NCBI GenBank assembly: GCA_030264375.1
Contig: JASCQW010000081.1
Span: 65,912,529-65,976,528 of the forward strand
Length of the DNA: 64,000 nt
Direction of reading: 5' to 3'
Origin: Carcharhinus longimanus
Taxonomy: Eukaryota
The notes under the pieces were generated by a model that saw only the letters and a program-made list of their open reading frames with translations, had not been told where the DNA came from and made no database searches. Shown piece after piece: positions 24,203 to 38,750 of the stretch (its first letter is position 1; every line of letters begins with the position of its first letter). The position numbers were made by a program, and so were the translations under genes.

Positions 24203-25329
24203 TTAAAAAGAAACCATTCTGAAGCTAGACAGAACCCAAAGATTTTGCAGCACCTTTGGGTCACCTCGGTATGGCTAACCAAACTTTCCTGCAGAGGTAC
24301 TGGTAGTCCTTTTTGTTAGCAACCACCATTATAATTTGTGTATTTGATATTGTACTGTGCATTATCATGAATTATAAACTCCATCCTGACATGGCATCCA
24401 ATAAATCCATTGGTAGATGTAACTCCCCATTAAACAACTTTTGATCAACCAGTATTTCCATTTTCATAGCATGCTGGATAACTATTTTACTGTATGTCAA
24501 ACTATGCCGAACAGGCGCCAGTGTGGCGACTAGGGAATTTTCATAGTAACTTCATTGCAGTGTGAATGTAAGCCTAAATAAATTTTAAACTTTAAANNNN
24601 NNNNNNNNNNNNNNNNNNNNNNNNNNNNNNNNNNNNNNNNNNNNNNNNNNNNNNNNNNNNNNNNNNNNNNNNNNNNNNNNNNNNNNNNNNNNNNNNNNNN
24701 NNNNNNNNNNNNNNNNNNNNNNNNNNNNNNNNNNNNNNNNNNNNNNNNNNNNNNNNNNNNNNNNNNNNNNNNNNNNNNNNNNNNNNNNNNNNNNNNNNNN
24801 NNNNNNNNNNNNNNNNNNNNNNNNNNNNNNNNNNNNNNNNNNNNNNNNNNNNNNNNNNNNNNNNNNNNNNNNNNNNNNNNNNNNNNNNNNNNNNNNNNNN
24901 NNNNNNNNNNNNNNNNNNNNNNNNNNNNNNNNNNNNNNNNNNNNNNNNNNNNNNNNNNNNNNNNGCCAGGAAAGACTAAGTTGCAATATGTTTGCTTGGA
25001 TTAGGAGTGAATAGGTACGCCTTACAAAGTGACTTACAGCACCAGGTACTGTACCAAAAGATTTTTGGGTGGGTGAATTGAAGATTATCAGAATAATGTC
25101 ACCTGGTGTCCTGAAACTTTAACAAATTTAAAAAGCAGTTTTCAATTTTAAATGCTATATAAATATACAGCACAGAAAAAGGCCATTCTGCCAAACTTGT
25201 CTGTGGTGGTGTTGTTAATCCACACAAGCCTCGTACCATGCAATTTCATCTAAGCATTACAGAGTATCCTTTGACTTCTGTCTACCTCATGACAGTTGGA
25301 GTAAGTTCTAGGGATCAGTATTTGGACCA

Positions 25330-26570
25330 TTTCTTATTTCGTATAAATTATATAGGCTTTGATACAAAGTGCACAATTTTGAAGTTTGCAAATGATTCAA
25401 AACTTAGTAACTTGAATAGAATGAGCCTCTATTCTCCGGGGGTTGCAATAACAAGGTGTGAACTCATTGAAACTTGGAAAATTCAGGCATGGGACTTGGC
25501 AGTATAGATGCTAAGAAGCTTTTTCTTATTGGAGAGAAAAGAACTAGGGTTCATGGTCTCAGGATAAGGGATTGGCAGTGTGGATCTGAGATATCTCTGC
25601 ACTCTGTTACAAATCCTTGATATTTTCTGCCTCGGAGATCTGAGAACGTGCAGTATATTGAAGACTGAGATTAACTGGTTTTTGAAAGGATGTGGGGTTA
25701 AGGTGAGAAAATGGAGTTTGAGTCAGCCATGATATTATTGAATGATAGAGCTAGTTCCTGTTATGTTTTTGTCTCCTGTAGTAAATATTGAAAAGGATAG
25801 TAACAGACTTCAGTTGGACAGAGATGGACTGATATGGACAGAACAAGGACAAATGCATTTAATGTGAATAATTGGGAATATATGCACTCCAGGAGGAAAC
25901 AACATGGAGAGGCAGTAAAATCTAAATGGTATTATTTTGCAGGAAGGTGGAGGCAGTGCTGGAGAAGAGAGACTGGGGTACAGATTCGAAGTGGTGGGGA
26001 AGGCTAATAGAGTAACTAAAATTGAATGGGATACTTAGTTTTGTAAGTGGGAGCATTGGATGCAAAGACAAGGAAGTCGTGCTAAAGCTTTCAAATTTCT
26101 GGTTTGGTCTCGGCTGGAATATTGTATACAATTGTGGGTGCCACAATTTAGGAAAGGATAAAGAGCTTTATACCTGAGAGAGGGACTTGAGTTGTGTGGA
26201 GAAATTAGAGAAGATTGATTGATCTCACCATAGTTCATTGAAGATTTAATAATGGCGTTCAAAATTGAGGGGTTTTGTTAGAAGAAGTTGGGGGAAGACT
26301 GTTTCCTCTGTTCATCAGATAGTAAATTTAAAATAGCTGGCAAAAGTTTTAGCGAGGAAGTGAATTTGTATTTTCAGGGTTAAGGTCCAGAACACTACCT
26401 GAAAGGGTGATGTCATTCCATAGGAACTTTCAAAATTCAGTTGGATGTGTAAATTATAATTTCCAGTGCTTTGGGGGAAAAATACTGAAGTGTGGAACTA
26501 AATTGGACAACTCTTTCAAAGACACTGGCACGACAGACTGAATAGGTCTCAGTGCAAAAGATTAATGAAT
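25330..26570 (+). mobile_element. Degraded CR1 LINE fragments
   Basis: ILKFANDSKL; RLEYCIQLWVPQFRKG-like segment. Confidence 0.65.
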
Positions 26571-29500
26571 TCTTATCTCACTACTCTTAAATGTATCAAT
26601 GCTATTTTCCTCACCTGTTCTCTGTGGCAGCAAGTTCCACTTACTAATTATTATTCTACTACAGATGTTTGCGTGAATATTTGAACGGTTTTATTATTCA
26701 TTAATAACCATCTTTTATTTATAAACCTTCATTTTAAGCTGCTCCCAATTCCTCATCTCCTAGAATTGGAAACAATGCCACACCTGCCCTTTCAAATATC
26801 TCCATAATTTTAGAGGCTAGGAGGTCACCTCAACCTTTTCTTAGAGAATAATACGAGGACTATTTAGTCCTCATCTTGAAAAGTGCAACAGAATATATTG
26901 TCTATCACTACGTAATCTGACCCTTAACAGTGGTTCATTGGCTTTGGGAGATACCTTATGGCTTGCATTAAGAAATCATGTAAATTTAAGCATGTTTCTT
27001 CATTGATCATGCCTTAAAGTAGGATAGCATATTAAAACGGAAGAAAATATGGCATTGCTTCCAAAAAAACACTTTACTGTAGTGGCTTGCAGAATGTTGA
27101 TAAATGCAACATGTAAACCAGCTGCAAACTAAGTCTGTGTGTTGGCAATCCTGTTGATGTATTCTGCCATAATTTATTATTTGCATTATTTGAGGTGCTT
27201 TGTAAAGCTCACACGTCAGATCTAACCAGACCATCCTGGACTATAGTAAATACTGACCTGATCACGGACTTGGTCGTTGAAAACTTGATTAATCCTTCTC
27301 GAATGCAATTCTACACCAGAAACATTGTCGGAATTACAAATCTACCACTGCCACTGTTGCCTTCACTTCTCATCGAGCGCCCCGAATGAGTGTTACAGTG
27401 AAGGCAGCTCTGATAGATTCACGCTATCACAACTGACAGGAGTTGAGAGTTGAAAAGAGCATGCCATTATATTTAAAGTTGCATAGAGTGCTGCTTATGG
27501 AGAAGGATATGAAAGATAGGGGCTAGAATTCTTCCTTGGGAAGATCCAAGGTTGGGAGACTTTTGTGGCTGGGATTGGTGGACAGGACTGTCGAGAAAAC
27601 CCATGGTATCGTTTTTGTTATGTCTGCAATTCCAACGAATATTTGTAGTTCATATCAACTGTAACTCGCCTGTTAATTTATGTTCATTCTGATTCATTAC
27701 AAAATAAGAGCTACACAAAGTGTTGTTTAGTAATTTCTTGATTTAGGCATCATTCAGTAAATTTGGTTCCTTTGGTTTGCGGAGTTCTGTGAGGGCCATA
27801 ACAAAAATAATTCCTGAAAATAATGTTTTGTGATACAATGCATGAAAGCTGCGGCATAACTGGGAGAGATAGTGACCTTGGACCAATGATTCATGAGCCA
27901 TTCTACCACTATTTCCTCATCGCATATTTGGATCTTTCTTATAACAATTGATGAGACATTGATCTCTGCAATTAATCACCAATTCCATTATTGTAAAATG
28001 AAATGAGCAAGATGCTGGAAGATAAACTATATGAACCTCGGTCTTTTTGTTCTCATTGAGCAGCTCCTCTGCTTTTGAGACAACAAAAGTATTTGTATTT
28101 AATCTTTTAGATTGAAACATGAAAATATTGAAAATAATTAAGTATTAGGGAGACAAAAAAGCAACTTACTTGTATTAAGTTTCTGAAACTGTAGCCATTA
28201 CAGTAAATTTTGTGTGTAAGGCCTGCAGTATCAGCAAAGTGTATCACTGCGTTGTCAGTCATGTTTCTATAAATTCACAGCACAGCAATTGCATTTAGAG
28301 TGGCATGCTAGTTGGGATCAGATACTGCTTCTGATTGCAAAAGAGAAAATGCTGGAAAATCTCAGCAGGTCTGGCAGCATCTGTAAGGAGAGAAAAGAGC
28401 TGATGTTTCAAGTCNNNNNNNNNNNNNNNNNNNNNNNNNNNNNNNNNNNNNNNNNNNNNNNNNNNNNNNNNNNNNNNNNNNNNNNNNNNNNNNNNNNNNN
28501 NNNNNNNNNNNNNNNNNNNNNNNNNNNNNNNNNNNNNNNNNNNNNNNNNNNNNNNNNNNNNNNNNNNNNNNNNNNNNNNNNNNNNNNNNNNNNNNNNNNN
28601 NNNNNNNNNNNNNNNNNNNNNNNNNNNNNNNNNNNNNNNNNNNNNNNNNNNNNNNNNNNNNNNNNNNNNNNNNNNNNNNNNNNNNNNNNNNNNNNNNNNN
28701 NNNNNNNNNNNNNNNNNNNNNNNNNNNNNNNNNNNNNNNNNNNNNNNNNNNNNNNNNNNNNNNNNNNNNNNNNNNNNNNNNNNNNNNNNNNNNNNNNNNN
28801 NNNNNNNNNNNNNNNNNNNNNNNNNNNNNNNNNNNNNNNNNNNNNNNNNNNNNNNNNNNNNNNNNNNNNNNNNNNNNNNNNNNNNNNNNNNNNNNNNNNN
28901 NNNNNNNNNNNNNNNNNNNNNNNNNNNNNNNNNNNNNNNNNNNNNNNNNNNNNNNNNNNNNNNNNNNNNNNNNNNNNNNNNNNNNNNNNNNNNNNNNNNN
29001 NNNNNNNNNNNNNNNNNNNNNNNNNNNNNNNNNNNNNGAGGAACTTCAGTTATGAGGAAAGACTGGAAAAGTTTGGTGACTTGATAGAGGTGTTCAATAT
29101 CCTGAAAGGTTTTGAGAGACTAAGGAAAAACTGGCTCTGGAAGGAGAAGCTTCAGCAGCAAGGCAATGATTTTTTTTAAACACTTAGCAAATCAATATCT
29201 CTTTTGAGACTCTATTCAAATCTGTTACAGACCACGAACATTTTCATTATTTGCCTTCATTGTTGTCTGAAGCTAACTTAACTTAGTGTGCGTTTAGATT
29301 ACTAAGCCCTAAGCTCTGAAATTTCTTCGCTAAACCTCTCCATCCCTGTCCTGCTTTAAGCTAGCCTCTTTGCAAGCTCTTGGGCACCGCACCGTAATCC
29401 TCTCAGTTTTTGTCCATTTGCACTCCTGCGAAGTAGCTTGAAAGATTTTACCAAGTCTTAAGGCACTGTATAAGTGGAACTCACCCTTGAAATCACCAGT

Positions 29501-29657
29501 TAAAGCTGCACAGGTAGCAATTTATAAAGGCAACTGTAAACGAATACCATAAAAACTTGAAATTCTGTGAAACTTTGAATAAAAAACTAAATTTCCTATC
29601 TAATTTATAAATCAAATGAGTCAATCAGTTATGTGTGCTTTTTCCCGCAATTTTCAG

Positions 29658-29719
29658 ATGGCTCACTCACCTAAAATGCAATTTCCACACCGACTACCAT
29701 ATCCTGCACCAAATATTAA
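29658..29719 (+). CDS. PRRC2C: PRRC2C small coding exon
   Basis: ttttcag|MAHSPKMQFPHRLPYPAPNI|gtaagt; phase 0 to 2 fits the next exon; weak similarity to the mammalian Pro-rich exon. Confidence 0.75.
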
Positions 29720-30249
29720 GTAAGTACTATAAATTCTGAAAGTGATTATATACTACAGATTATCCAGATGTCTTCATGCTTCCATTGATATACATTTTCA
29801 CTTACTTTCATAAATCCGTTTTAGGTCAGTTAATTTAGAGAACTGTATTGTCTCTTTGAACATGTCTGAAGTCTAAAACGATGCTGGAATTGAAGTTATA
29901 AAGAATTCTTTTCATTTGTAATGTGTCCTCACAGAAATGATGTACAGTTGAAATTAAGTTTGAATAAGTGTCTGTTTTTAATGAGCACTATCTTATCCCC
30001 AGGCTGCACATAACTGAATACTATATAAGCCTTTATATTAACAGCTTCTTAACTTTTTCTTTTAGTTTGTATTTGAAATAAATTGTACAGCTTTTGGCTC
30101 TTCCCTCTTTCTGCTTTTGAGTTTTCATTTCTGTATTTTACCTTTGTGGTTGAAATCACTCCTAAATGTTATGTCTCCCTAATAATTTTTCCAATTAATC
30201 CATATTTTCTACTAATTAACTTTCTCCCAATCTCTCCAATACTGGTTAG

Positions 30250-30383
30250 AAACCAAAGTAGTTCCTTAAGGCAACAACATTCACAATGGTGTCAAGATCT
30301 TCTTGAGCGTCCCTCCATTATTAGAGAAAATGAATTGAAGGAGCTTGATAACCTGGACACGGAAACTGATGATGGCTGGGCAG
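30250..30383 (+). CDS. PRRC2C: PRRC2C coding exon
   Basis: ERPSIIRENELKELDNLDTETDDGWAG conserved PRRC2 motif. Confidence 0.93.
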
Positions 30384-30464
30384 GTAAAATGGAAAAATTT
30401 TAGAGTTCATTGTTCACCAAAAGCTCAAATAGAGGCATTCAGTTGAACGTTTTGTGCATTTCAG

Positions 30465-30555
30465 GAGCACAGTCAGAGGTGGATTATACAGAGAAACTCA
30501 ATTTTAGTGATGAGGATGAAGGAACATCTACCCAGAAGGAAGATGGTGAAAGCTG
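30465..30555 (+). CDS. PRRC2C: PRRC2C coding exon (after an 81-bp intron)
   Basis: AQSEVDYTEKLNFSDEDEG conserved motif; phase 1 to 2. Confidence 0.93.
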
Positions 30556-31539
30556 GTATGGTTTAATTTTTAAGTGATACGTTATGCAGTAGTCAAAGCT
30601 ATAAAATCTGTTTGCTCAACGTTTACTTTCATTACGTTAAAAGTTAGGGCATTTTAAAAAAGAAAATTGTCACCAATTCTTGGTATATCTAATGGTGTAG
30701 TCATTGACATCCAAAGTTTGAATCCCTGGCTAATGTTTAATTTTGGCTAGTTCTGCCTCAATTTTCCTAATTTTGAAAGTACTAGGTTCACAGTAGACCA
30801 ACCTGTCAGTTAATTGCATTTCAGGCTTGCTTTCAACAATCTTTCTTGTGCAGATATCTTGATGTCTTTCCAAACCTGTGTACTTTTCTTTTGTTTGTCT
30901 CAACACAGTCCAATCCTAACAGTTGATACTAATCAAAGTGTATCACTTACTTGAAATATCACCTATAATAATAGAATATTGATCGAGTGTGATGGGTAGT
31001 AGTGTTTTCTTGTCCAAATTTGACCTGATTCCGTGAAACTTCAAGGGATCTAGAATCAATCTGAGTCCCTGCTGACTCTCAGCTTTGGCAAGTTTGTTGC
31101 CTGTGGGCTAGAGCATTAATGTTTAAGATGACACCCATTCTCAGCCCCAAAAATACTTGGCAAATAAATTGATCCTTTCAGCCATAACATGCTATATTCT
31201 CATTAGTAATTGGCTTTGATTTTTCACCCCACAAATGGGTGTTTTGACTTGTAATTGGGTGCAAGGGCAATACGGGTAGTGTTGCAAAGATGCATGGGAA
31301 TTTCAGACACATCAACAGAGATTGGATCCCGCAAGATCAGCAACAAAAGTGGTGACCATCCATTCCCACACTGGCAATTCACTTTCATACTCGGTATATT
31401 AATCAACCTCTATTTATCGAAGCTTCAAAGGTCGACTTACACGCTAAAGTCTATAGATACCCAGGGTTGGTGATAGCAGAATCTGCAACGATGTCTGCAA
31501 GCAATGATTCTGAGTTTGTGAGTATGTCAGACTATGGTG

Positions 31540-32575
31540 TTACTAGTCTATGGGACAGACTTTTGTTTTGGAACAAGTCCCCAGATGTTTGTGAAGATGT
31601 ATGTGGATGTTTATGTTCTGAGAGGAATTTGTAGTAAGAGTTCCCCAGGAGACCATGTTGGGACTCTTGCTTTTCCAGTGCATTAATGCACTGGATCTTG
31701 GCATACAATGCCAAAGTTTTCAAATAATATGAAGCTTGGAAGCATTGTGAACAGTGCAAAATAGTGTAGAACCTCAGGCAAAAACAAGTTGGTGGAATGG
31801 GTGAATAACGCTCAATGTAGAGAAATGTGAAGTGATTCATTTTGCTAGGAAGTATGTTGGGGAGACATTATGAAATAAATTGTACAACTCTAATGTGGGT
31901 GCACGAACTGAGGGACTTGGGTGTATATGTGCATAAATCTTTGAAGATGGCAGGATGAATTAAGAGAGCAGATAATAAAGCAGAATATCTTGGACTTAAT
32001 GAATTGGGACATAGAGTACAAGAGCATGGAGGTTATGTTGAATTTGTATAAGTTATGCATTCAACCTCTATTGCATCTGGCTCTAGGCACTTCACTTTAG
32101 AAAGGATGTGATGCATTAGAGAGGGTGTAGAAAAAGTTCACAAGTATGGTTCCAGTGAAGAGGAACTTCAGTTATGGAGATGGATTGGAGACATTAGGAA
32201 TGTTTCCCTCGAGTAAAGAAAGCTGAGAGGCAATTTGATAAAAGTATTCAAAATCAAGAGGTGTCTGGACAGAGTAGATGGGGAGAAACTGTTCCCACTC
32301 ACGAAAGAACCAAGAAGACACAGGTTTAAAGTAAGTAATAAAAGAAACAAAGTGAAAGGAGAAACCTTTTTACACAGTGAGTGGTTAGGGTTTGCAATGT
32401 ATTGACTGAAACTGTAGTGGAGGCGGTTTCAATTGAAGCAATCAAAAAGGGATTTGACAGTTATCTGCAAAAGGAAGAATATGCAATGTTATGGATGCTG
32501 GATGAGTTGCTCATTCGGAGTGCCAATGGAGGCACAATAGGACAAATGAACTTCTGCACCATATCGATTCTGTGC
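31540..32575 (+). mobile_element. CR1 LINE 3' portion
   Basis: KCEVIHFARK, LRDLGVYVHKSLK, KLRGNLIKVFKIKRCLDRVDGEKLFP. Confidence 0.8.
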
Positions 32576-33791
32576 TTTTGTGGGGACTTTGCAGGGTCAA
32601 CTGAACAATGTATCCTTGTTTCTGGTACTTGAGTTAATGCCAGATTGTCTGTCCAATCTTCTGATTTTTCAGATGCAGTTTGGTACAATCAGGTGCCCTG
32701 TGAGGCCACTTCAGTGGGCAGTGGGGCAGCTACTGTGAGGTTGGAGTCACACGTAGGGCAGACCAAATTATCTTCTCTGAAGGACGTTAATGAACCTTGT
32801 GGATTGTCATGACAATCTGGTGGCGTCGAAGGGTCTAGTTTTTATTTCTGATTTATTTATTAATTGAATTTAAATTCTCCCATTGCCTTGGTGGAATTTG
32901 AACTTGTATCTCCAGAGCATTTGTATTAAAATCCCAGAAGGGACCAATAACCTAATTAAAAAGATTTTTCCAGTGACTGATGGAAATCATTGAAGTACAG
33001 GATTTTTGCTTTAAGATTTCTAATGTAACAAGCAAACTACAATCAATATATATCAAACATTACTTAACAGGCAACTAATACAACAAACTGAAAACATTCT
33101 TTTGCATTAACTAACCTAATCCTGTAACTTCTTTTGCAGTGCACTGTTTTTGGAAGTGTAGCATTACGAAAGCAGGTCCAAAGTTATTCCCAGCTTTCCA
33201 ACAACTGAATTCTCCCTGTTGAAACTTCCAGAGTTGTCTGAAAACCATTCCACTCAGCCCAAGCCTTCCAAATCTGACTCTGATTGGCATGGCTCATTCC
33301 TGTGACTTCCTGTTCCTTAAATCTCCAAACGTTCTGTCAGTTTGGTCCTCTTTTTGACTAGAACACAACCCTCATCATTCTGCTTAGTTTTTTACGCATA
33401 ACAATCATCTGCTGTTCACAGCAACAGTTGTTTTGCTTCTTCACACTGCAGTAATTCCATTGTCGCTCTCGCTCATGTGCTCGCTCTCCCCTGCTCCCGT
33501 CTCATAAAACAAGTGTTCCTGGTGTGAGGACTGTTGTCACTTGATATTCCAACAGGTTTCTATTGGAGTTTCTTTCCATTTGGCAGCCAGATCACGTGGA
33601 CCTAGCTCGCAGCAGAGATCTTTAGTACGGCCATATCCTTATCCAGAACTTTTCATTCACCTCAAATTCAAGGAGACATTTTAAAGCATAACTTGTCTTA
33701 TAAAGTTCAGCATTGTAAAAATTATTTTGGGCCTCTGCATCACTAGTCCAGAATCATTGCCACCAAACTACCATTCTCTATTCAACCTTTC

Positions 33792-34460
33792 CATAAGACA
33801 TAAGAGCAGAATTAGGCCACTCGGCCCATCAGATCTGCACCGCCATTCAATCATGGCTGATATTTTTCTCATCCCCCATTCTCCTGCCTTTTCCCCATAA
33901 CCCCTGATCCCCTTATTAACCAAGAACCTATCTCTGTCTTAAAGACACTCAATGACTTGGCCTCCACAGCCTTCTGTGACAAAGAGTTCCACAGATTCAC
34001 CACTCTGGCTCAAGAAACTCCTCCTCATCTCTGTTTTAAAGGATCGTCCCTTCAGCCTAATGTTGTGTCCACTGATTCTAGTTTATCCTACTAGTGGAAG
34101 CATCTTCTGTACATCCACTCTATCGCAGTATCCTGTCAGTTTCAATAAGATACCCCCTTCATTCTCCTGAATGCCAACGAATACAGACACAGAATCGTCA
34201 GCCGTTCCTTGCACAACAAGCTCTTCATTCCAGGGATCATTCATGTGATCCTTCTTTGGACCCTTTCAAAGGCCAGCACATTCTTCCTTAGATATGGGGC
34301 CCAAAACTGTTCACAATACTCCAAATGGGGTCTGAGCGGAGTCTTATACAGCCTCAGGGATACATCCCTGTTCTTGTTTTCTAGCCCTTTCAACATGAAT
34401 GCTAATGTTGCATTTGCCTTAATAACTGCTGACTGAACCTGCACATTAAATTCCCTTTTT
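33792..34460 (-). mobile_element. CR1 LINE 3' end
   Basis: Reverse ORF LRLYKTPLRPHLEYCEQFWAPYLRKNVLAFERVQRR; tail cataagacataagagcagaattaggcc. Confidence 0.92.
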
Positions 34461-35029
34461 AATCTTTTTAAACTCTTCCTCAATTGACTGAGCTTTTTGT
34501 TCTCTTCTGATCCTACTTTGAAGTTGCGAGGGTATATTATCTATAATATTTAAACCCAGAAGTTATTGTTGGCAGTATTAGCAGATAACTGAGGATTTTC
34601 TTCTACAATTTTAACAAGACTGTTGACAGATGTGTTGAACATTTGTTGCTGATACTGCAAACTGTAATTTCAGGGCTTTAATGCAGGCATTTAAGTACCA
34701 TCTTTGCTAACTTGGATAGCTTAAGCTTCTCTGTTCCATTTTCCCTTCCCAGTTGAAGTCTCTTTCACTGCTTTTTTGTGTGTCCTTTGTAAAGTGAGAA
34801 CACATTTTTGTAATGTGAGTCCATTTTGTGGCCTGTAATTTCTTTAACTTCTGTGAAACTTTGTCTAAAAGTTTCTGGAAGTCCAAATAAGTTACATCAT
34901 GAGGAATGGCACTATTTACTTTGTTTATGTAATATCCTTTGAGACTTGTTGATCAAGATTGTCTCCTTGAGCCCATGCACTATTAATCTATTTGTTGCAC
35001 AAGTCCCTTCCATTTTAACTGTTATTGAT

Positions 35030-35773
35030 CTCACTTGGAAAGGCTAAGTAAATGGGCTTGAGCATGGCAGATGAAACATAATGTAAGTGTGAAGTTATTC
35101 ACTCTGGTGGACAAAACAGGCAGAATATTAAATGGTGAGAGGTTGGGAAATGCAAAGGGACTTGGGTGTCTTCGTTAATGAGTCACAAAGTTAGCATGCA
35201 GGTGCAGTAAGTGGTGTGTTGGCCTTCATCAAAAGGGATTTTGAATATAGGAGTAAATATGTTTTGCTGTAGTTGTATAGAGCTTGGTGAAACCTCACCT
35301 GGAGTATTCTGTACAGTTTTGGTCCCCTTATCTAAGAAGGGATACACTTACCACTGAGGGAATGCAATGCAAATTCACCAGATTAATCCCTGGAATGGTA
35401 GAATTATCTTGGCGTAGATCTGACGAGACTAGTTCTGTATTGCCTAGAGTTTTGAAGAATGAGGAATGATTTTGTCCGAAAATTCTTAGTGTGACAGGGT
35501 GGATGTTGATCAGATGCTTCCCCTAGCTGATGAGTCTGAAGTCAAGGGGCAGGTGATTTAAGGCTGAGGTGAGTAATTTCTTCACTCAAATTTTTCACCT
35601 AGATGGCTGTGAAAGCTCAATTATTGAGTATGTTTAAAACAGAAATTGATAGATTTTGAAGATTAATTACATCAAAGAAAATGAAACTAGCTCTGGGAAA
35701 GTAGTGTTGAGGAAGATGATCAGCCATCAAGCTCAGTGGGCTGAATGGCCTACTCTTGTTCTATGTTCCTATG
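35030..35773 (+). mobile_element. CR1 LINE 3' end
   Basis: VKPHLEYSVQFWSPYLRRD; tail gttctatgttcctatg. Confidence 0.88.
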
Positions 35774-36047
35774 TGTGTGAGCTTATAGTTGCCTAGGCTG
35801 GTTTTCTTGCTTTAAAAAAATGTACATATGCTAGTGTCTGTTCTGTGGATCCAATGCTTATTGCCTGAGATAGTTAGTAACCTTGAATTGTAAATTTACC
35901 CCCTTCCCAATCAGGCAGTATCTTGTTTTACCAAAGAGATTTTTTTAGTCTGACATTCTATACAAGCTTAAGTAATGTTGCCATTGACTTCAAAATCCTT
36001 CATAATACTCGTTGTACTACAGAAATTGAATTGTGGGTTAATATACT

Positions 36048-38750
36048 TTTTAAATAGTGGGGTTACATTACCTGCCCTCCAATCTGTAGGAACTGTTCCA
36101 GAATCTATAGAATCCTGGAAGATAACCAATGCATGCGCTATTTCTGGAGCCAGTTCTTTAAGTACTCTGGGATGTAAATCATGCCCTGGGGATTTTTCAT
36201 CCTTCAATCTCATCAATTTCCCCAACACAATTTCTCTACTAATACTGGTTCCCTTCAGTTTCTTGCTCTCACTAAACTGTGTTCCCAAACATTCCTCTTA
36301 TTTATGTCCCTCTTTGTGAAGACAGAACTGTATGCATTTAGTTGGTCAGCTATTTCTTTTGTTTCCCAAATTCCCCTGTTTCTGACAGTAAGGTTTCTAC
36401 ATTTGTCTTCAGCAATCTTTTCCTCTTCACATATCTATATAAACTTTTACTTAATCAATTCCTTGGTTCTCCTTTGAATTCTAATCCTCAGGCCTTGTTT
36501 TTTTCTGACCAATTTGTATGTCCCTTGAAGCTAATACTATTTAATTCCTCTTGGAAGCCATGGTTTGGTCACTTTTCCCATTTTACTTTTGCACCAGGCA
36601 GGAATAAACAATTGTTGCAATTCACCCATGCAGTCTTTGAATGTTTGCCATTACCTATCCATCATCATCCATTTAAATAACGTTTCCCAATCCATCATAG
36701 CCAACTTAATGCCTCATTCCATGGTAGTCTCCTTTATTAAGACTCAGGACCATAGTCTGTATGTCCACTATGTCACACTCCATCTTGATGAAGAATTCTA
36801 TCATATCAAGGTGGTTCATCCCCAAACAACCAGATTGCCAATTTTTCCTTTTTCATTACATAATACCTAGTCTGGGATGGCTGTCTTCCAGTTGTTTCTT
36901 CAACATATTGGTCCAAGAAAACCATCCTGCATACACTCCAGGAATTCCTCCTCTATGGTACTGTGACAAATTTGATTTGCTCAATCTATATGCCATCCAT
37001 AATTACAGATGTTCCTTTATTGTCTGCATTTTTAATTTCCTGTTTAATGCCATCCCCAACATCACCACTACAGTTTGAGGTCTATGTACAACCCTCACTA
37101 ACCTTTTGTCCTTGTGTTTCTCAGTTCTACCCAGACACATTCTACATTGTCAGAGCTAACATCTTTCCTCACTGTTGTTAACTTTCTCTTTAACCAGCAA
37201 TGCAACTGCACCATTTTTTCCTTTTTCTGTCCTTCCTAAATACTGAATACCTGGTTGTTCATTTCCCATCCCTGGTCACACGACAGCCATGTCTCCTTAA
37301 TCCCAACTATATCATACTTATTCACATCTATTTGCGCAATTAATTGATCTACTTTATTGTGAATGCAACATGCTTTAAGGCACAAATCCAAAGACTTGTC
37401 TCTTCAACATTATTTGTCCAGTTTCCACTCATTTTCATGTGGCCCTGTTTGATTCTGGGCCTTGATTTCTCTGCCTGTCACTTTTCTTATTCCTCTTTAT
37501 TTTTGTTTTTGTCCTCAATTCCCCTTCCGCTGACCTTTTGCACAGGATTCCCCTCCCCCACNNNNNNNNNNNNNNNNNNNNNNNNNNNNNNNNNNNNNNN
37601 NNNNNNNNNNNNNNNNNNNNNNNNNNNNNNNNNNNNNNNNNNNNNNNNNNNNNNNNNNNNNNNNNNNNNNNNNNNNNNNNNNNNNNNNNNNNNNNNNNNN
37701 NNNNNNNNNNNNNNNNNNNNNNNNNNNNNNNNNNNNNNNNNNNNNNNNNNNNNNNNNNNNNNNNNNNNNNNNNNNNNNNNNNNNNNNNNNNNNNNNNNNN
37801 NNNNNNNNNNNNNNNNNNNNNNNNNNNNNNNNNNNNNNNNNNNNNNNNNNNNNNNNNNNNNNNNNNNNNNNNNNNNNNNNNNNNNNNNNNNNNNNNNNNN
37901 NNNNNNNNNNNNNNNNNNNNNNNNNNNNNNNNNNNNNNNNNNNNNNNNNNNNNNNNNNNNNNNNNNNNNNNNNNNNNNNNNNNNNNNNNNNNNNNNNNNN
38001 NNNNNNNNNNNNNNNNNNNNNNNNNNNNNNNNNNNNNNNNNNNNNNNNNNNNNNNNNNNNNNNNNNNNNNNNNNNNNNNNNNNNNNNNNNNNNNNNNNNN
38101 NNNNNNNNNNNNNNNNNNNNNNNNNNNNNNNNNNNNNNNNNNNNNNNNNNNNNNNNNNNNNNNNNNNNNNNNNNNNNNNNNNNNNNNNNNNNNNNNNNNN
38201 NNNNNNNNNNNNNNNNNNNNNNNNNNNNNNNNNNNNNNNNNNNNNNNNATCCCACCTCCCCCCACCTCCGTCCTGACTGACGCCCTTAAAATACTCCTTT
38301 ACAGACATCAGTCCCGGCCCTGCCCAGTTGTAACCCCACCACTTTGTACTGGTCCCAATGTCCCACAAGTATACAATCTCTCTCTCACACACTCACTCAC
38401 ACTCACTCACTTGCTCGCTCGCCCTTCAGGTATCTGATATATCGTGCTATTCTACTCTGACTAGCGTGTGACACTGATAGTAATCCTGAGATCACTATAT
38501 TTTTCAACTTACTGCCGAACTTCCTGTATTCTGCTTTTAGGACCTCATCCTTTTTTATTTATGTCATTTGCACCAATATATACCACGACCACTGGCTGTT
38601 CACCATCCCCTCCAGAATGTCCTGTAACTACTTTTGAGGCATCGAGCTGAGCACCGGAGAGGCAAGATACCATCCTGAATGAATCCATTTCCTGTGCAGT
38701 TGAATTCCCTATAACTCTATTACATTGCCATACTTCACATCCCTAGTTCG
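36048..38750 (-). mobile_element. Long degraded CR1 LINE: ORF1 SGNH-esterase remnant (~38450-38700) plus ORF2 endonuclease/RT start
   Basis: KSPGHDLHPRVLKELAPEIA..VIFQDSIDSGTVPTDWRAGNVTPLFKK; IGANDINKK.DEVLKAEYRK..ISGLLSV. Confidence 0.8.

Noticed and set aside
27195-27389. 64-aa ORF as the missing PRRC2C exon
   Set aside because: No similarity to the expected segment and no suitable donor before the stop
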